This document shows positions 1 to 8,121 of a stretch of 64,000 nucleotides of DNA, piece by piece (position 1 is the first letter of the stretch; every line of letters begins with the position of its first letter). The position numbers and the translations under genes are program-made. The notes beneath the pieces were generated by a model. The model did not search any database, was not told where the DNA came from, and was given only the letters and a program-made list of their open reading frames with translations. The DNA comes from Chloroflexota bacterium (GTDB lineage Bacteria; Chloroflexota; UBA11872). The DNA is taken from positions 4,835-68,834 of the forward strand of contig WTFW01000163.1 of assembly GCA_011523785.1 (NCBI GenBank). The letters are read 5' to 3'.

Positions 1-464
1 GGCGGCCGACGTAAAGGTCGCCGCCGATTCCTTCGAGTAGACCTTCGGCGGCGTCAAGGTAGGTGCGAAAGGTTGGGTTGGTGGTGTGGATGTCGGATAC
101 CTCGTCGACCAGAAGGAGGCCGGCGGGTCGTAGCTGGGAGGCCCAGGTCCGCAGCGCGGCGGCGGGGTCGGCGAGGTGCGGCAGCAGCAAGTGGCAGAAG
201 AGCACGTCGGCGGCGCCGGTAGGGAAGGGCGCCCTGGTGACGTCGTGATGGAGGAAGTCAAGGCCGTCAGTGGGTTCGCTCCCGGCAATGTCCAAGAAGG
301 GCTGGGAGGTGTCGAGTCCGACGGTCTTGCGGGCGTTGAGTGTCTCGGCGATGAGGCGGGTGGTGAAGCCGGGGCCGCAGCCGAGGTCGATCACCAGCCT
401 GGGGTCGGGCGGGACGCGGCCCAGGAAGCTCTTGATCTCGGGCGCAAAGACGTAGGCGAGCATG
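1..464 (-). CDS. Class I SAM-dependent methyltransferase. C-terminus runs off the window start. Start codon uncertain: ATG at 462-464, or an upstream CTG near 608-610.
   Basis: Reverse-strand translation gives MLAYVFAPEIKSFLGRVPPDPRLVIDLGCGPGFTTRLIAE...LLLVDE. This is a Rossmann motif I (DLGCGPG) followed by an acidic loop, typical of small-molecule methyltransferases. Confidence 0.6.
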
Positions 465-662
465 CGCAGGCGTTCGGCGGCGGTGTCGTCGTCGCCGAAG
501 GCGTAGGCGGGGTTGGTCAGGGGGATAGCTTTCGTGAGAGAAGAGGGAAGAGGCTGGCGGAATTGTGCCCGAAATCGAAGCTGACTGGAGACCCGGGCAC
601 TGTGATGCAGCTTCGGGTATCGGGCCGAGCTCTTGTGCGTTCAGTTCGGATAGTCTGGCTGT

Positions 663-1022
663 ATGAAGCCCATTCGAGTCGGCGCGGCCGTCGTTCTGCT
701 GCTAGCCGTGGTGGCGTTACTGGCGCCATCGGTGGTGACGAGTGCGGCACCGGTGCTTGGGGTGGTGACGCCGCCCGGGCATGAGGGGCATGACCATATT
801 CACTTGCCGTGGACGCTGCCGGCGGCGGATGCGGAACGGGCGGATGGGACATCGGGGGAGTTCCCGGAGCAGTCGTCGCCGTTTCCGGTGGGGGTGATGC
901 CGGCGGTGCTGGTGGTGCTGCTGGCGGTGTGCATGTTTGAGCGGGTTGGATTCGATATTCGGCGGGTGCGGCTGACGGCCAATGGGCCGCCGCTGCCGCC
1001 GCCCCGGCTGGCCTTGCAGTAG
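663..1022 (+). CDS. Small exported/membrane protein with a His-rich motif (HEGHDHIH) and a C-terminal transmembrane helix. Possible metal-binding protein.
   Basis: N-terminal hydrophobic signal/TM segment (AAVVLLLAVVALLAPSVVTSA), then the motif HEGHDHIHLP, then a C-terminal hydrophobic stretch VMPAVLVVLLAVCMF. First gene of a same-strand run with 1097-2542 and 2472-4772. Confidence 0.5.
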   Translation: MKPIRVGAAVVLLLAVVALLAPSVVTSAAPVLGVVTPPGHEGHDHIHLPWTLPAADAERADGTSGEFPEQSSPFPVGVMPAVLVVLLAVCMFERVGFDIRRVRLTANGPPLPPPRLALQ

Positions 1023-1096
1023 ATGGTTTGCATCCGCGCACCGATGTGCGCGGACTATTCGCGCAAATCCGGTAGCAGCGAGGACTGCCATGCGGA

Positions 1097-2542
1097 TTGG
1101 CGCCGAAGCTGCGAGGTCTGTGTATGAGTTTCGGGAAAAGCCCGACGCGCCTTAGGCGCGGCCTGCTGGCCCTGGCCGTATCCGGGGCGGCACTGGCAGC
1201 GGCTGCGGGCATTGCGTGGGCGCACGAGGGCCGGGAGGTCCACGGGTTTACGTTTGACGTTGGGTTCCTGGTAGAGCCGGCGTATGAGGGTCAGCCGAAC
1301 GGGGTGTACCTGTCGGTGACGCGGGAGAGCGGCGTCGAGTCGGGCCACGGATCGGCCGGCGGGCACGATCACGGCGGAATGGTGGAGACCTCGGACATGT
1401 CGGTGGAGGTGACGGCGGAGGTCGACCCGATCGACGGGATCAACGTGCGCATCATGCCCAGCGGGTTTGCGTTCGCGCCGGAGCGGGTGAACCAGGCGGA
1501 CGTGGACGGCGAGGGGCACGCGCACGTTTACGTGGACGGCGAGAAGGTGGGCCGGGCCTACGGCGAATGGTTCCACCTGAAGGGTGTTGCGCCCGGGGAC
1601 CGCGAGATTCGCGTGACGCTGCAGACGAACGGCCATAGCGAATACGCGGTCGGCGGGCAGACGGTGGAGGCGGCGACGACACTCAGCGTTCCGGCAATGC
1701 CGCCGGCGCCGGAAGAGGTCGGGCAAGTTGAGGCGCCTGAAGGGATGGTCGTCGCAATCAGCCTGGAGCTGGATCCTGTGGGTGGGGCCAACCTGATGGT
1801 GATGCCGCAGGGGTTCACGATGGCTCCTGGGCAGGTCAATGCCCCGAATGTGGCAGGCGAAGGGCATCCGCATTTGTACGTGAACGGGGTGCGGCTGGGA
1901 CGGGTCTACAGTCCGTACCTGCACCTGGGGAAGCTGGCGCCGGGCATTAACGAGGTGCGGGTGACGTTGAATACGAACATGCACCAGGAGTACTCGCGCG
2001 ACGGAGAGACGATCGAAGCGGTAGCGACGATCCACATCCCGGCCGAAGGCGAAGTCCAGACGGATGACGGACACGGGGCCCGGGTTGGTGTCACGGGGCT
2101 GGCGAACAGCCTGGTGGTGGAGGTGACGCACCTGGCGGCGGACATGTCGGCCTCGGGCGTGGCGCGGCGGATGGCGCTGTCGCCGCTGCCGGGGGAGAGC
2201 GGCGGCTACGTGGCGCCGTTTATTCCAACGGTGCCGGGGCCGTACCGGTTCCGGTTTGTGGGGACGATTGACGGTTTGCCGGTCGACGAGACGTTCACGT
2301 CTGGTCCGGGCACGTTCGATGACGTGCGGTCGGCGACGGAGGCGCAGTTTCCGCGGCCGGTGCCGAGCGCGCGCGAGATTGCCGGGGTGGCCACCGCGGC
2401 GCAGTTGCAGGCGCGGGACGCATCGGACGCCTCGGCAACGGCGGTGACCGTTGCGGTTGCCGGGTTGGTGATTGGCGGGCTGGGGCTTGCAACCGGCGTT
2501 GGCCTGGCGTTGCATGCGTTCCGACGGCGTGGCGCGGGGTAG
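1097..2542 (+). CDS. Secreted protein with two tandem ~100-aa domains, each with a G-E-G-H-x-H-(V/L)-Y-V-(D/N)-G motif, plus a C-terminal TM anchor. Uncharacterised; possibly DUF4399-like metal-binding.
   Basis: Signal peptide ...AAAAGIAWA followed immediately by HEG. Internal repeat pairs: VRIMPSGFAFAPERVNQADVDGEGHAHVYVDG versus LMVMPQGFTMAPGQVNAPNVAGEGHPHLYVNG, and REIRVTLQTNGHSEY versus NEVRVTLNTNMHQEY. C-terminal hydrophobic helix VAVAGLVIGGLGLATGVGLAL. Confidence 0.55.
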   Translation: MAPKLRGLCMSFGKSPTRLRRGLLALAVSGAALAAAAGIAWAHEGREVHGFTFDVGFLVEPAYEGQPNGVYLSVTRESGVESGHGSAGGHDHGGMVETSDMSVEVTAEVDPIDGINVRIMPSGFAFAPERVNQADVDGEGHAHVYVDGEKVGRAYGEWFHLKGVAPGDREIRVTLQTNGHSEYAVGGQTVEAATTLSVPAMPPAPEEVGQVEAPEGMVVAISLELDPVGGANLMVMPQGFTMAPGQVNAPNVAGEGHPHLYVNGVRLGRVYSPYLHLGKLAPGINEVRVTLNTNMHQEYSRDGETIEAVATIHIPAEGEVQTDDGHGARVGVTGLANSLVVEVTHLAADMSASGVARRMALSPLPGESGGYVAPFIPTVPGPYRFRFVGTIDGLPVDETFTSGPGTFDDVRSATEAQFPRPVPSAREIAGVATAAQLQARDASDASATAVTVAVAGLVIGGLGLATGVGLALHAFRRRGAG

Positions 2543-4772
2543 TGCATGCGGCCCGCGGCGGGGGCCTGGGCTCCGCTGCGGGCGGCTGGCCCTGGCTGTC
2601 CTAGCCGCGTTGACGGCGCTGGCGCTGGTTGCGGCGCCGTCCGGGGCGCACGCCAACCTGGTGCGGTCGTCGCCGAGTCCAGGGACGGCGGTGGATCCCG
2701 CGCCGCCAGTGGTGTACGCGGAGTTCAGCGAGGCCATTGACCTGGGCTACAGCAGCCTGGAAGTACTGGACGCCAACGGGCAGCCGGTGACCACGGGTCC
2801 GACGGAGCCCGATCCGACTACTCCCACTGCGATGCTGGTGCCGGTGGGGGAGCTGGCGGACGGCACCTACGTGGTGGTGTGGCGGACGCTGTCGGTGGTG
2901 GACGGCCACGTGATTCGGGGGTCGTTTGCGTTTGGGGTGGGCGAGCCGGTGGCGGCGGACGTGGCGGTGGCGGTGGCGTCGATCGAGTCCAGTCCGGCGG
3001 CGGCGGTTTCGCGCTGGCTGCTGTTCGTGGGCGTGGCGGTGCTGATTGGTGGGCCGTTGCAGGCGCTGGTGCAGCGGCGCGGCGCTCAGCCGGAGCGGCG
3101 TCGGGTCGTGGAGCGGCGAACGGCGCTGCTGCTGCTGGGCGGCGGGTTGCTGGCGCTGGCGGGTCAGATCGGGTTGCTGGGGACGCAGATCCTGATCCTG
3201 GGCGGGGACTCGCTACTGGCGGGGTTTGGCGAGGTATTCAGGGCAGGGCAATGGGGCGCGCTTTGGATTGGCCGCACCGCGGCACTTGCTGTGGCGGTGG
3301 TGCTGGCCGACCAGGCGAGTTCGACGTCGGCGGGTGAGCGGCGCCAGGCGCTAGCGTTCGGCGGGGTGGCGGCGGCGGGCGTGGTGATGGCGACGAGCAT
3401 TTCGATGGGTAGCCACGCGGCGGCGCTGGTGGACGTGGGGCCGGCGCTGGTAGCCGACCTGATTCACCTGCTGGCGGTTGGCGCCTGGGTGGGCGGCCTG
3501 CCGGTGTTGCTGCTGGCGGCCTGGCAGGCGCGCGGGGCGAGAACCGGTGGAGCCGCGGCAGCCGATCTGATCGAGGTTGCGGCGCGATTCTCCGCCGTTG
3601 CGACAGTGGCCGTTGGGCTGATCGTGGTGACGGGCGCGTATAGCGCCTGGTTGCAGGTGGTGGAACCGGAGCGGTTGTGGCGTACGGCGTACGGGCTGCT
3701 GCTGGTGGTGAAGCTGGCACTGGTTGCGCCGCTGCTGGCGCTGGGCGGGGTGAACCTGGGGTGGACGCGGCCGCGGCTGGCGGGGGCTGGCGCGGCCGGG
3801 GCGCGTGCGGCGAGAGCGCTGCGGACGCTGGTGGTGGCTGAGATCGTGCTGGCGGCGGCCGTGCTTGCGGTGGTGGGCGTGCTCACGGAGCGGGAGCCGG
3901 CGCGGCAGGTCAGCGGCGACGTGCCGCTGGCGGTGGAGGGTGCCGGGGCAAGTGGCGACACGAGGGTTCGCGTGCGGGTGGCGCCGGGGCGGCCGGGCCC
4001 GAACACGCTGGAGGTTGACCTGTCGTCCCAGGACGGACGGGTCAACGACGCGGATGTTGAGTTGCAACTCAGGTATCTCGATACGGACCTGGGGACGACC
4101 GTTGAGCGTCCGGTGCGGACCGAGGAGGGGACGTTCGAGGCGGAGACCGATGCGTTCGCGCTGGCGGGGGCCTGGCAGGTGCTGGCGATCGTGCGGCAGC
4201 CGGGGGCGTTCGATGCGCGGGTGCCGGTGCGGCTGAACATCGGGTCTCCCACGGCGATTGGCGTAGCGGAAGTAGACGTGACGGTGGCGGTGCGGCTCTG
4301 GGGGCTGGCGCTGGCGGGGATGGGATTTGTGCTGGCGCTGGCCACGCTGGCCCGGCAGGGATGGGCGGCGCGGGTTCGCCAGGCGGGGACCGGAGCGGGA
4401 TTCGCGGCGATTCTGCTGGGGGCCGGGTTGCTGATCATCGGGCCGCAGCAGGGCGTGGCGCCGTCGGCGGTGAACCCGATTCGGCCGGATGATGCTTCAG
4501 TCAGCGCGGGTCGCGAGATCTTTGAGGCCGAGTGCGTGAGCTGTCACGGGCCGACAGGTCGCGGGGACGGTCCGCTGGCGGCGACGCTGGATCCGCCGCC
4601 GCTGGACCTGGTGATCCACGTGCCGCTGCATCCGGACGACGCGCTGTTTGGGTTTGTGTTCAACGGGATCGAGGGCACGGGGATGCCGGCGTTCGGGGAT
4701 CGCTATGGCGAACTGGATACGTGGCACATCATCAACTTTATCCAGACCCTGCCGGAAACGGCGCGGAGCTAG
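2472..4772 (+). CDS. Copper resistance/uptake-like fusion protein: CopC domain, CopD multi-TM domain, YtkA-like domain, and a C-terminal mono-haem cytochrome c domain. Likely start is ATG 2514 or nearby.
   Basis: CopC signature after the signal peptide (HANLVRSSPSPG...YVVVWRTLSVVDGHVIRGSFAFGV). A long polytopic hydrophobic region follows, typical of CopD. A YtkA-like beta-sandwich segment follows (TLEVDLSSQDGRVNDADVELQLRYLD...GAWQVLAIV). Then a TM helix and a CxxCH haem site (FEAECVSCHGPTGRGDG...GMPAFG) with a downstream Met ligand. Confidence 0.75.
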   Translation: MAGWGLQPALAWRCMRSDGVARGSACGPRRGPGLRCGRLALAVLAALTALALVAAPSGAHANLVRSSPSPGTAVDPAPPVVYAEFSEAIDLGYSSLEVLDANGQPVTTGPTEPDPTTPTAMLVPVGELADGTYVVVWRTLSVVDGHVIRGSFAFGVGEPVAADVAVAVASIESSPAAAVSRWLLFVGVAVLIGGPLQALVQRRGAQPERRRVVERRTALLLLGGGLLALAGQIGLLGTQILILGGDSLLAGFGEVFRAGQWGALWIGRTAALAVAVVLADQASSTSAGERRQALAFGGVAAAGVVMATSISMGSHAAALVDVGPALVADLIHLLAVGAWVGGLPVLLLAAWQARGARTGGAAAADLIEVAARFSAVATVAVGLIVVTGAYSAWLQVVEPERLWRTAYGLLLVVKLALVAPLLALGGVNLGWTRPRLAGAGAAGARAARALRTLVVAEIVLAAAVLAVVGVLTEREPARQVSGDVPLAVEGAGASGDTRVRVRVAPGRPGPNTLEVDLSSQDGRVNDADVELQLRYLDTDLGTTVERPVRTEEGTFEAETDAFALAGAWQVLAIVRQPGAFDARVPVRLNIGSPTAIGVAEVDVTVAVRLWGLALAGMGFVLALATLARQGWAARVRQAGTGAGFAAILLGAGLLIIGPQQGVAPSAVNPIRPDDASVSAGREIFEAECVSCHGPTGRGDGPLAATLDPPPLDLVIHVPLHPDDALFGFVFNGIEGTGMPAFGDRYGELDTWHIINFIQTLPETARS

Positions 4773-5251
4773 GCGCGGGCGCGGCGGCGGGCGGACCAGG
4801 TGTGGGCGGCGACGGCCGCGAAGAAGCCGCCGATGACCAGAACGCTGGGCACGACCCAGTTGGTGGGGGCCAGATCGAGCGAGTGCGAGAGTTTGGCGGG
4901 CCCGAGGGCGCTGGAGATGTCCAGGACGAGGTTCCAGTGGACTTCCTCGGGGCTTTGCTCGACGAATTCGTAGACGGAACCTGACTCAAAGGCCGTGTAT
5001 TGGGCGATGTTGACGCCGTTCTCGAAGACGGTCACGCGGACCTCGGCGCCGGGAATCCTGGCACCGGTAGAGACGTTGCGGAGGTCGACGGAGTAGTCGA
5101 GCCAGCCCTCGGCCCAGTTGGCAAAGGCGCGAACCTGGTAGGGGCCGGCGGCGCCGGTGTAGACGAGGTCGCCGCCGTGGGCCAGGACGGGTGTTGACGA
5201 CAGGGTAACGAGAGCTACAAGCACCGGCAGGAGGCGGGCGAAACCCCGCAT
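4769..5251 (-). CDS. Exported protein with His as the predicted first mature residue (HGGDLVYTG...) and a C-terminal TM anchor. CopC/YtkA-like beta-sandwich candidate.
   Basis: Signal peptide MRGFARLLPVLVALVTLSSTPVLA followed by H. C-terminal hydrophobic VVPSVLVIGGFFAAVAA plus basic tail. Its stop overlaps the stop of the converging 2472-4772 gene. Confidence 0.5.
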   Translation of the reverse strand: MRGFARLLPVLVALVTLSSTPVLAHGGDLVYTGAAGPYQVRAFANWAEGWLDYSVDLRNVSTGARIPGAEVRVTVFENGVNIAQYTAFESGSVYEFVEQSPEEVHWNLVLDISSALGPAKLSHSLDLAPTNWVVPSVLVIGGFFAAVAAHTWSARRRARA

Positions 5252-6225
5252 TAGTTCAGCGGCGGACCAGCCACGGCGGCGACGGCGGGTTCGAGTTCAA
5301 CCGCGCCGACCAGGCCCTCGAAGCGCGCGGCCACGCGCCCGGTAGAGTCGACCACGAAGACCCAGGGTTCGGTTTCGAGCTTCCACTCGCGGGCGGCGTC
5401 TGCCCATTCGAGGCGGCCCTCGGTGCGGGCGACAGCGAGATCGAAGGGCTCGATGTGGATGAAGCGCAGGCGGTCGCCAAAGTTTCGGGAGAGCTCGCCG
5501 ACGACGGCGGTAACAGGCCCGCACATGGCCGAGGTGCAGAACCCGGGGGTGCTGAAGGTCACCACCAACGGCTCGCGTCGGGCCAGCGCATCCGCGATTG
5601 AGTGATCGTAAAGAGCGGGGAGGGGCGGATCGGCGGTTGTCAGGGTTTCGAGGTTGAGTACGTCCCGGCTCGTGAGGTTAGCGAAGGCCGGCGCGGCGTC
5701 GCCGACGCGAGGAGCTGAGGTGCGGCGGCCGACCTGGAAGGCGGTCGACGTGGCGTAGGCCGAGCCGAAGGCTGGCTCCACTTCCAGGTCGGCGCGCCAG
5801 AGGCCTTCCTCGAAGTCGGCGTCGGCGACGAGGTAGTAGGAGCGCGATGCGTCGTGGACGTGGACGGCGCCGTCCGCGTGAACATGGTCGTAGCTGGCGC
5901 CGGCGACGTGCTCGCGGGCGGGCGCTTCGAAGCGAAACTCGTCGCGTTGACCGATCAGGCGGATGAAGCGCACGTTGATGTTCGCGCCGGTGACCAGCCC
6001 GCCGTCGCCGTCCACCAGGACGAAGGGAAAGCGGTGGGGTCCGGGGAGCATTTCGTTGACGGCGAGGAGGACGCTGATCCGGGGGTTGGTCGGCAGTTCG
6101 CCGCAGGCGGAAAGCCAAACGGCGAGTGCCGGGGCTCCAAGGGCCAGCACGCCGAGCAGCCTTCGTCTTGGTATCTCGCGTGCGTGGCGGGTCGGGGGCT
6201 GACTGAGAGGGTCGGGTCTGTCCAC
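5251..6225 (-). CDS. Tat-signal lipoprotein with an N-terminal His-containing beta domain and a C-terminal thioredoxin-fold (Sco/TlpA/redoxin-like) domain with a CTSAMC motif.
   Basis: RRRLLGV twin-arginine motif and lipobox LSAC. HVHADGAVHVHD His cluster. Thioredoxin-like block APAFANLTSRDVLNLETL...PLVVTFSTPGFCTSAMCGPVT. Start/stop overlap with 4769-5251 suggests an operon. Confidence 0.6.
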   Translation of the reverse strand: MDRPDPLSQPPTRHAREIPRRRLLGVLALGAPALAVWLSACGELPTNPRISVLLAVNEMLPGPHRFPFVLVDGDGGLVTGANINVRFIRLIGQRDEFRFEAPAREHVAGASYDHVHADGAVHVHDASRSYYLVADADFEEGLWRADLEVEPAFGSAYATSTAFQVGRRTSAPRVGDAAPAFANLTSRDVLNLETLTTADPPLPALYDHSIADALARREPLVVTFSTPGFCTSAMCGPVTAVVGELSRNFGDRLRFIHIEPFDLAVARTEGRLEWADAAREWKLETEPWVFVVDSTGRVAARFEGLVGAVELEPAVAAVAGPPLN

Positions 6226-6256
6226 ACAGGCAGTCTAGCCAGTCAAGGCCGGCCGC

Positions 6257-6271
6257 CAACCTGTTAGGTTG
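6257..6271. promoter_or_regulatory. Candidate DtxR/IdeR-family operator: the palindrome CAACCT-GTT-AGGTTG in the divergent promoter region between the dtxR-like gene and the 6225-4769 operon.
   Basis: The two 6-bp arms are exact reverse complements and the half-site TTAGGTT matches the classical DtxR/IdeR box half-site TTAGGTTAG. It lies 27 nt upstream of the regulator's start codon. Confidence 0.45.
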
Positions 6272-6297
6272 CGGACCCTCGCTATATTTGAGTCACG

Positions 6298-6993
6298 ATG
6301 TCAGAGCCGCGGATTTCAGCCAGCGATCAGGACTACCTGCGGGCGATCTACGACGCGGGTGGGCACGAGCGGCGTGTGGGAACAGGTGAAGTCGCCGGTG
6401 AACTGAATCTGACGCAGGGGGCGGTGACATTCGCCTTGCAACGGCTGCATGAAAAGGGGCTGGTCAACTACCGGCGCTACCAGGGGGCGCGGCTGACCGA
6501 GGATGGCGAGCGCCACGCGCTGGAAATGGTGCGGCATCACAGGCTGATCGAACGTTTCCTGGTGGAGTTTCTGGACTACGACTGGAACGACGTGCACGAA
6601 GAGGCTGACCGGCTGGAGCATGTGATTTCGGAGGAAATGGAGCGACGAATTGCGGCCAAGGTGTCCGACCCGACGACCGACCCGCACGGGGACTCGATTC
6701 CCAACGAGGCGCTGGACGCGCTGCAGGCCGACGACGCCCGGCAGTTGACAGGGGTTGCGGACGGTACGGACTTTGTGGTGGCGCGGGTGCGGGACCGCGA
6801 CCGGGCGGTGCTGGAGTACCTGACGGAAATCCAGCTCGTACCGGGGACGGAGGCCAGCGTGGTCCGACGACTGCCGTTCGATGGACCGCTGGTGGTGCGC
6901 ATTGAGTCGGAAGAGGTGGCGCTGAGCCAGACGGTGAGCGACAGCGTGTTCATTCGCGACGCAGAGCGAGGTTCGAGTCCTCAGCGCAGCTGA
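6298..6993 (+). CDS. DtxR/IdeR/MntR-family metal-dependent transcriptional regulator with a C-terminal SH3-like (FeoA) domain.
   Basis: N-terminal wHTH (DYLRAIYDAGG...VAGELNLTQGAVTFALQRLHEKGLV), dimerisation/metal-site helix (RHHRLIERFLVEFLDYDWNDVHEEADRLEHVISEEMERRI), and a C-terminal FeoA-like beta domain. Confidence 0.9.
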   Translation: MSEPRISASDQDYLRAIYDAGGHERRVGTGEVAGELNLTQGAVTFALQRLHEKGLVNYRRYQGARLTEDGERHALEMVRHHRLIERFLVEFLDYDWNDVHEEADRLEHVISEEMERRIAAKVSDPTTDPHGDSIPNEALDALQADDARQLTGVADGTDFVVARVRDRDRAVLEYLTEIQLVPGTEASVVRRLPFDGPLVVRIESEEVALSQTVSDSVFIRDAERGSSPQRS

Positions 6994-7011
6994 AGCTGAG
7001 GGCTGGTTCGG

Positions 7012-8121
7012 CTAGCGGAGCGCGGCTTGTCGGGCGGCTTCGCGCCCCGCGGCGGTGAGGCGGAGCTGGTCGTTTTCGAGGTCGATGAGACCGCGTTCGG
7101 TGGCGGTGTGGACGACGCGGTTGGCGAATTCGGGGGGCCAGCGCATGTGGCGTTGCATGTGGTCGGGGCGGCTCTCGTCGGCCTCGGTGGGCGTGCCCTC
7201 GTGGGTGGCGAGGTGGATGAGCAACATCTGGCGGGCGAAGGTCCAGCGCTGGCGGCGGCGGCGACGGGCGGTTGCGACGAGGCCGCGCTGGGGGGCGAGA
7301 AACAGGACCAGGATGAAGGCGATGCCGACCACGGTGGCCATGGACCCGGCGATGCTGGCGTCCAACAGGCGAGCCAGCCAGTAGCCGCCGACGGCTGAGG
7401 CGGCGCCGATAACGACGCTGAGACCGAGCATGCGGGGCAGCCGGTCCGTGAGCAGGTAGGCGGCGGCCGGCGGACCGATCATGAGCGCGACGACCAGGAT
7501 CGATCCGACGGCGTCGAAGGCGCCGACGGCGGTGACCGATACCACCGCCATGAGACCGTAGTGGACAAGCGCGGGCGAGAAGCCGAGCGCGGCGGCCAGC
7601 GCGGGGTCGAAGGTGGCCAGCTTGAGTTCTTTAAAGAAGAGAGACGCGCCGGCAAGGTTGACCACCAGGATGGCGCCCATGACCCAAAGCGCAATCGGTC
7701 CCAGGTCCACCCCGAATGGCGCGAATCGGTTGAACGGCGCAAAGGCGATCTCGCCAAGTAGCACGACATCGCTGTCCAGATGAACGTTGCCGGCGAGGCT
7801 GGAGATCAGAATCACGGCGATAGAAAAGAGGGCGGGGAAGACGAGGCCGATGGCGGTGTCTTCGCGAACGAGACCGGTTCGGCTGACCATCTCGACGAGG
7901 ACCACCGTCAATAGCCCGACGAGGGCGGCGCCGAGGATGAGGACCGGCGAGTTGAGATCGGCGACGACAAAGAAGGCCAACACGATGCCGAGCAGCACGG
8001 TGTGGCTGATGGCATCGCTCATCATCGCCATGCGACGCAGCACCAGGAACGTGCCGGGGATTGCGCACGCGGCGGCGACGACAACGGCCACGAGCAGAAC
8101 GTCGATCTGGGCCGACGTCAT
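7012..8121 (-). CDS. ABC-3 family (Mn/Zn/Fe chelate) transporter permease with a C-terminal cytoplasmic DtxR-N-terminal-like winged-helix extension.
   Basis: Polytopic ABC-3 permease core. After the last TM the tail TFARQMLLIHLATHEGTPTEA...RVVHTATERGLIDLENDQLRLTAAGREAARQAAL aligns with the DtxR N-terminus (TEMYLRTIYELEEEGVTP...TVARMERDGLVVV...LQMTPTGR). Confidence 0.85.
   Translation of the reverse strand: MTSAQIDVLLVAVVVAAACAIPGTFLVLRRMAMMSDAISHTVLLGIVLAFFVVADLNSPVLILGAALVGLLTVVLVEMVSRTGLVREDTAIGLVFPALFSIAVILISSLAGNVHLDSDVVLLGEIAFAPFNRFAPFGVDLGPIALWVMGAILVVNLAGASLFFKELKLATFDPALAAALGFSPALVHYGLMAVVSVTAVGAFDAVGSILVVALMIGPPAAAYLLTDRLPRMLGLSVVIGAASAVGGYWLARLLDASIAGSMATVVGIAFILVLFLAPQRGLVATARRRRRQRWTFARQMLLIHLATHEGTPTEADESRPDHMQRHMRWPPEFANRVVHTATERGLIDLENDQLRLTAAGREAARQAALR

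Noticed and set aside
1055-2737. 560-aa minus-strand ORF, and many other long antisense ORFs in the track (e.g. 3464-4438 -, 8002-9222 +, 8322-10130 +, 12183-13448 +, 18561-20081 +, 34568-35683 -, 36168-37295 -, 41372-42358 -, 48810-49613 -, 50612-51643 -, 54865-55734 -, 56995-58320 +)
   Set aside because: They lie antisense to strongly supported, motif-bearing genes. Their translations are low-complexity Arg/Pro/Ala/Gly-rich sequences typical of stop-poor frames in GC-rich DNA. None has recognisable motifs.
2546-2740. Alternative ATG (MRPAAGAW...) as the start of the CopC-CopD fusion
   Set aside because: It is in a different frame from the CopC domain. The in-frame ATG at 2514 or nearby gives a proper signal peptide ahead of the HANLV CopC start.
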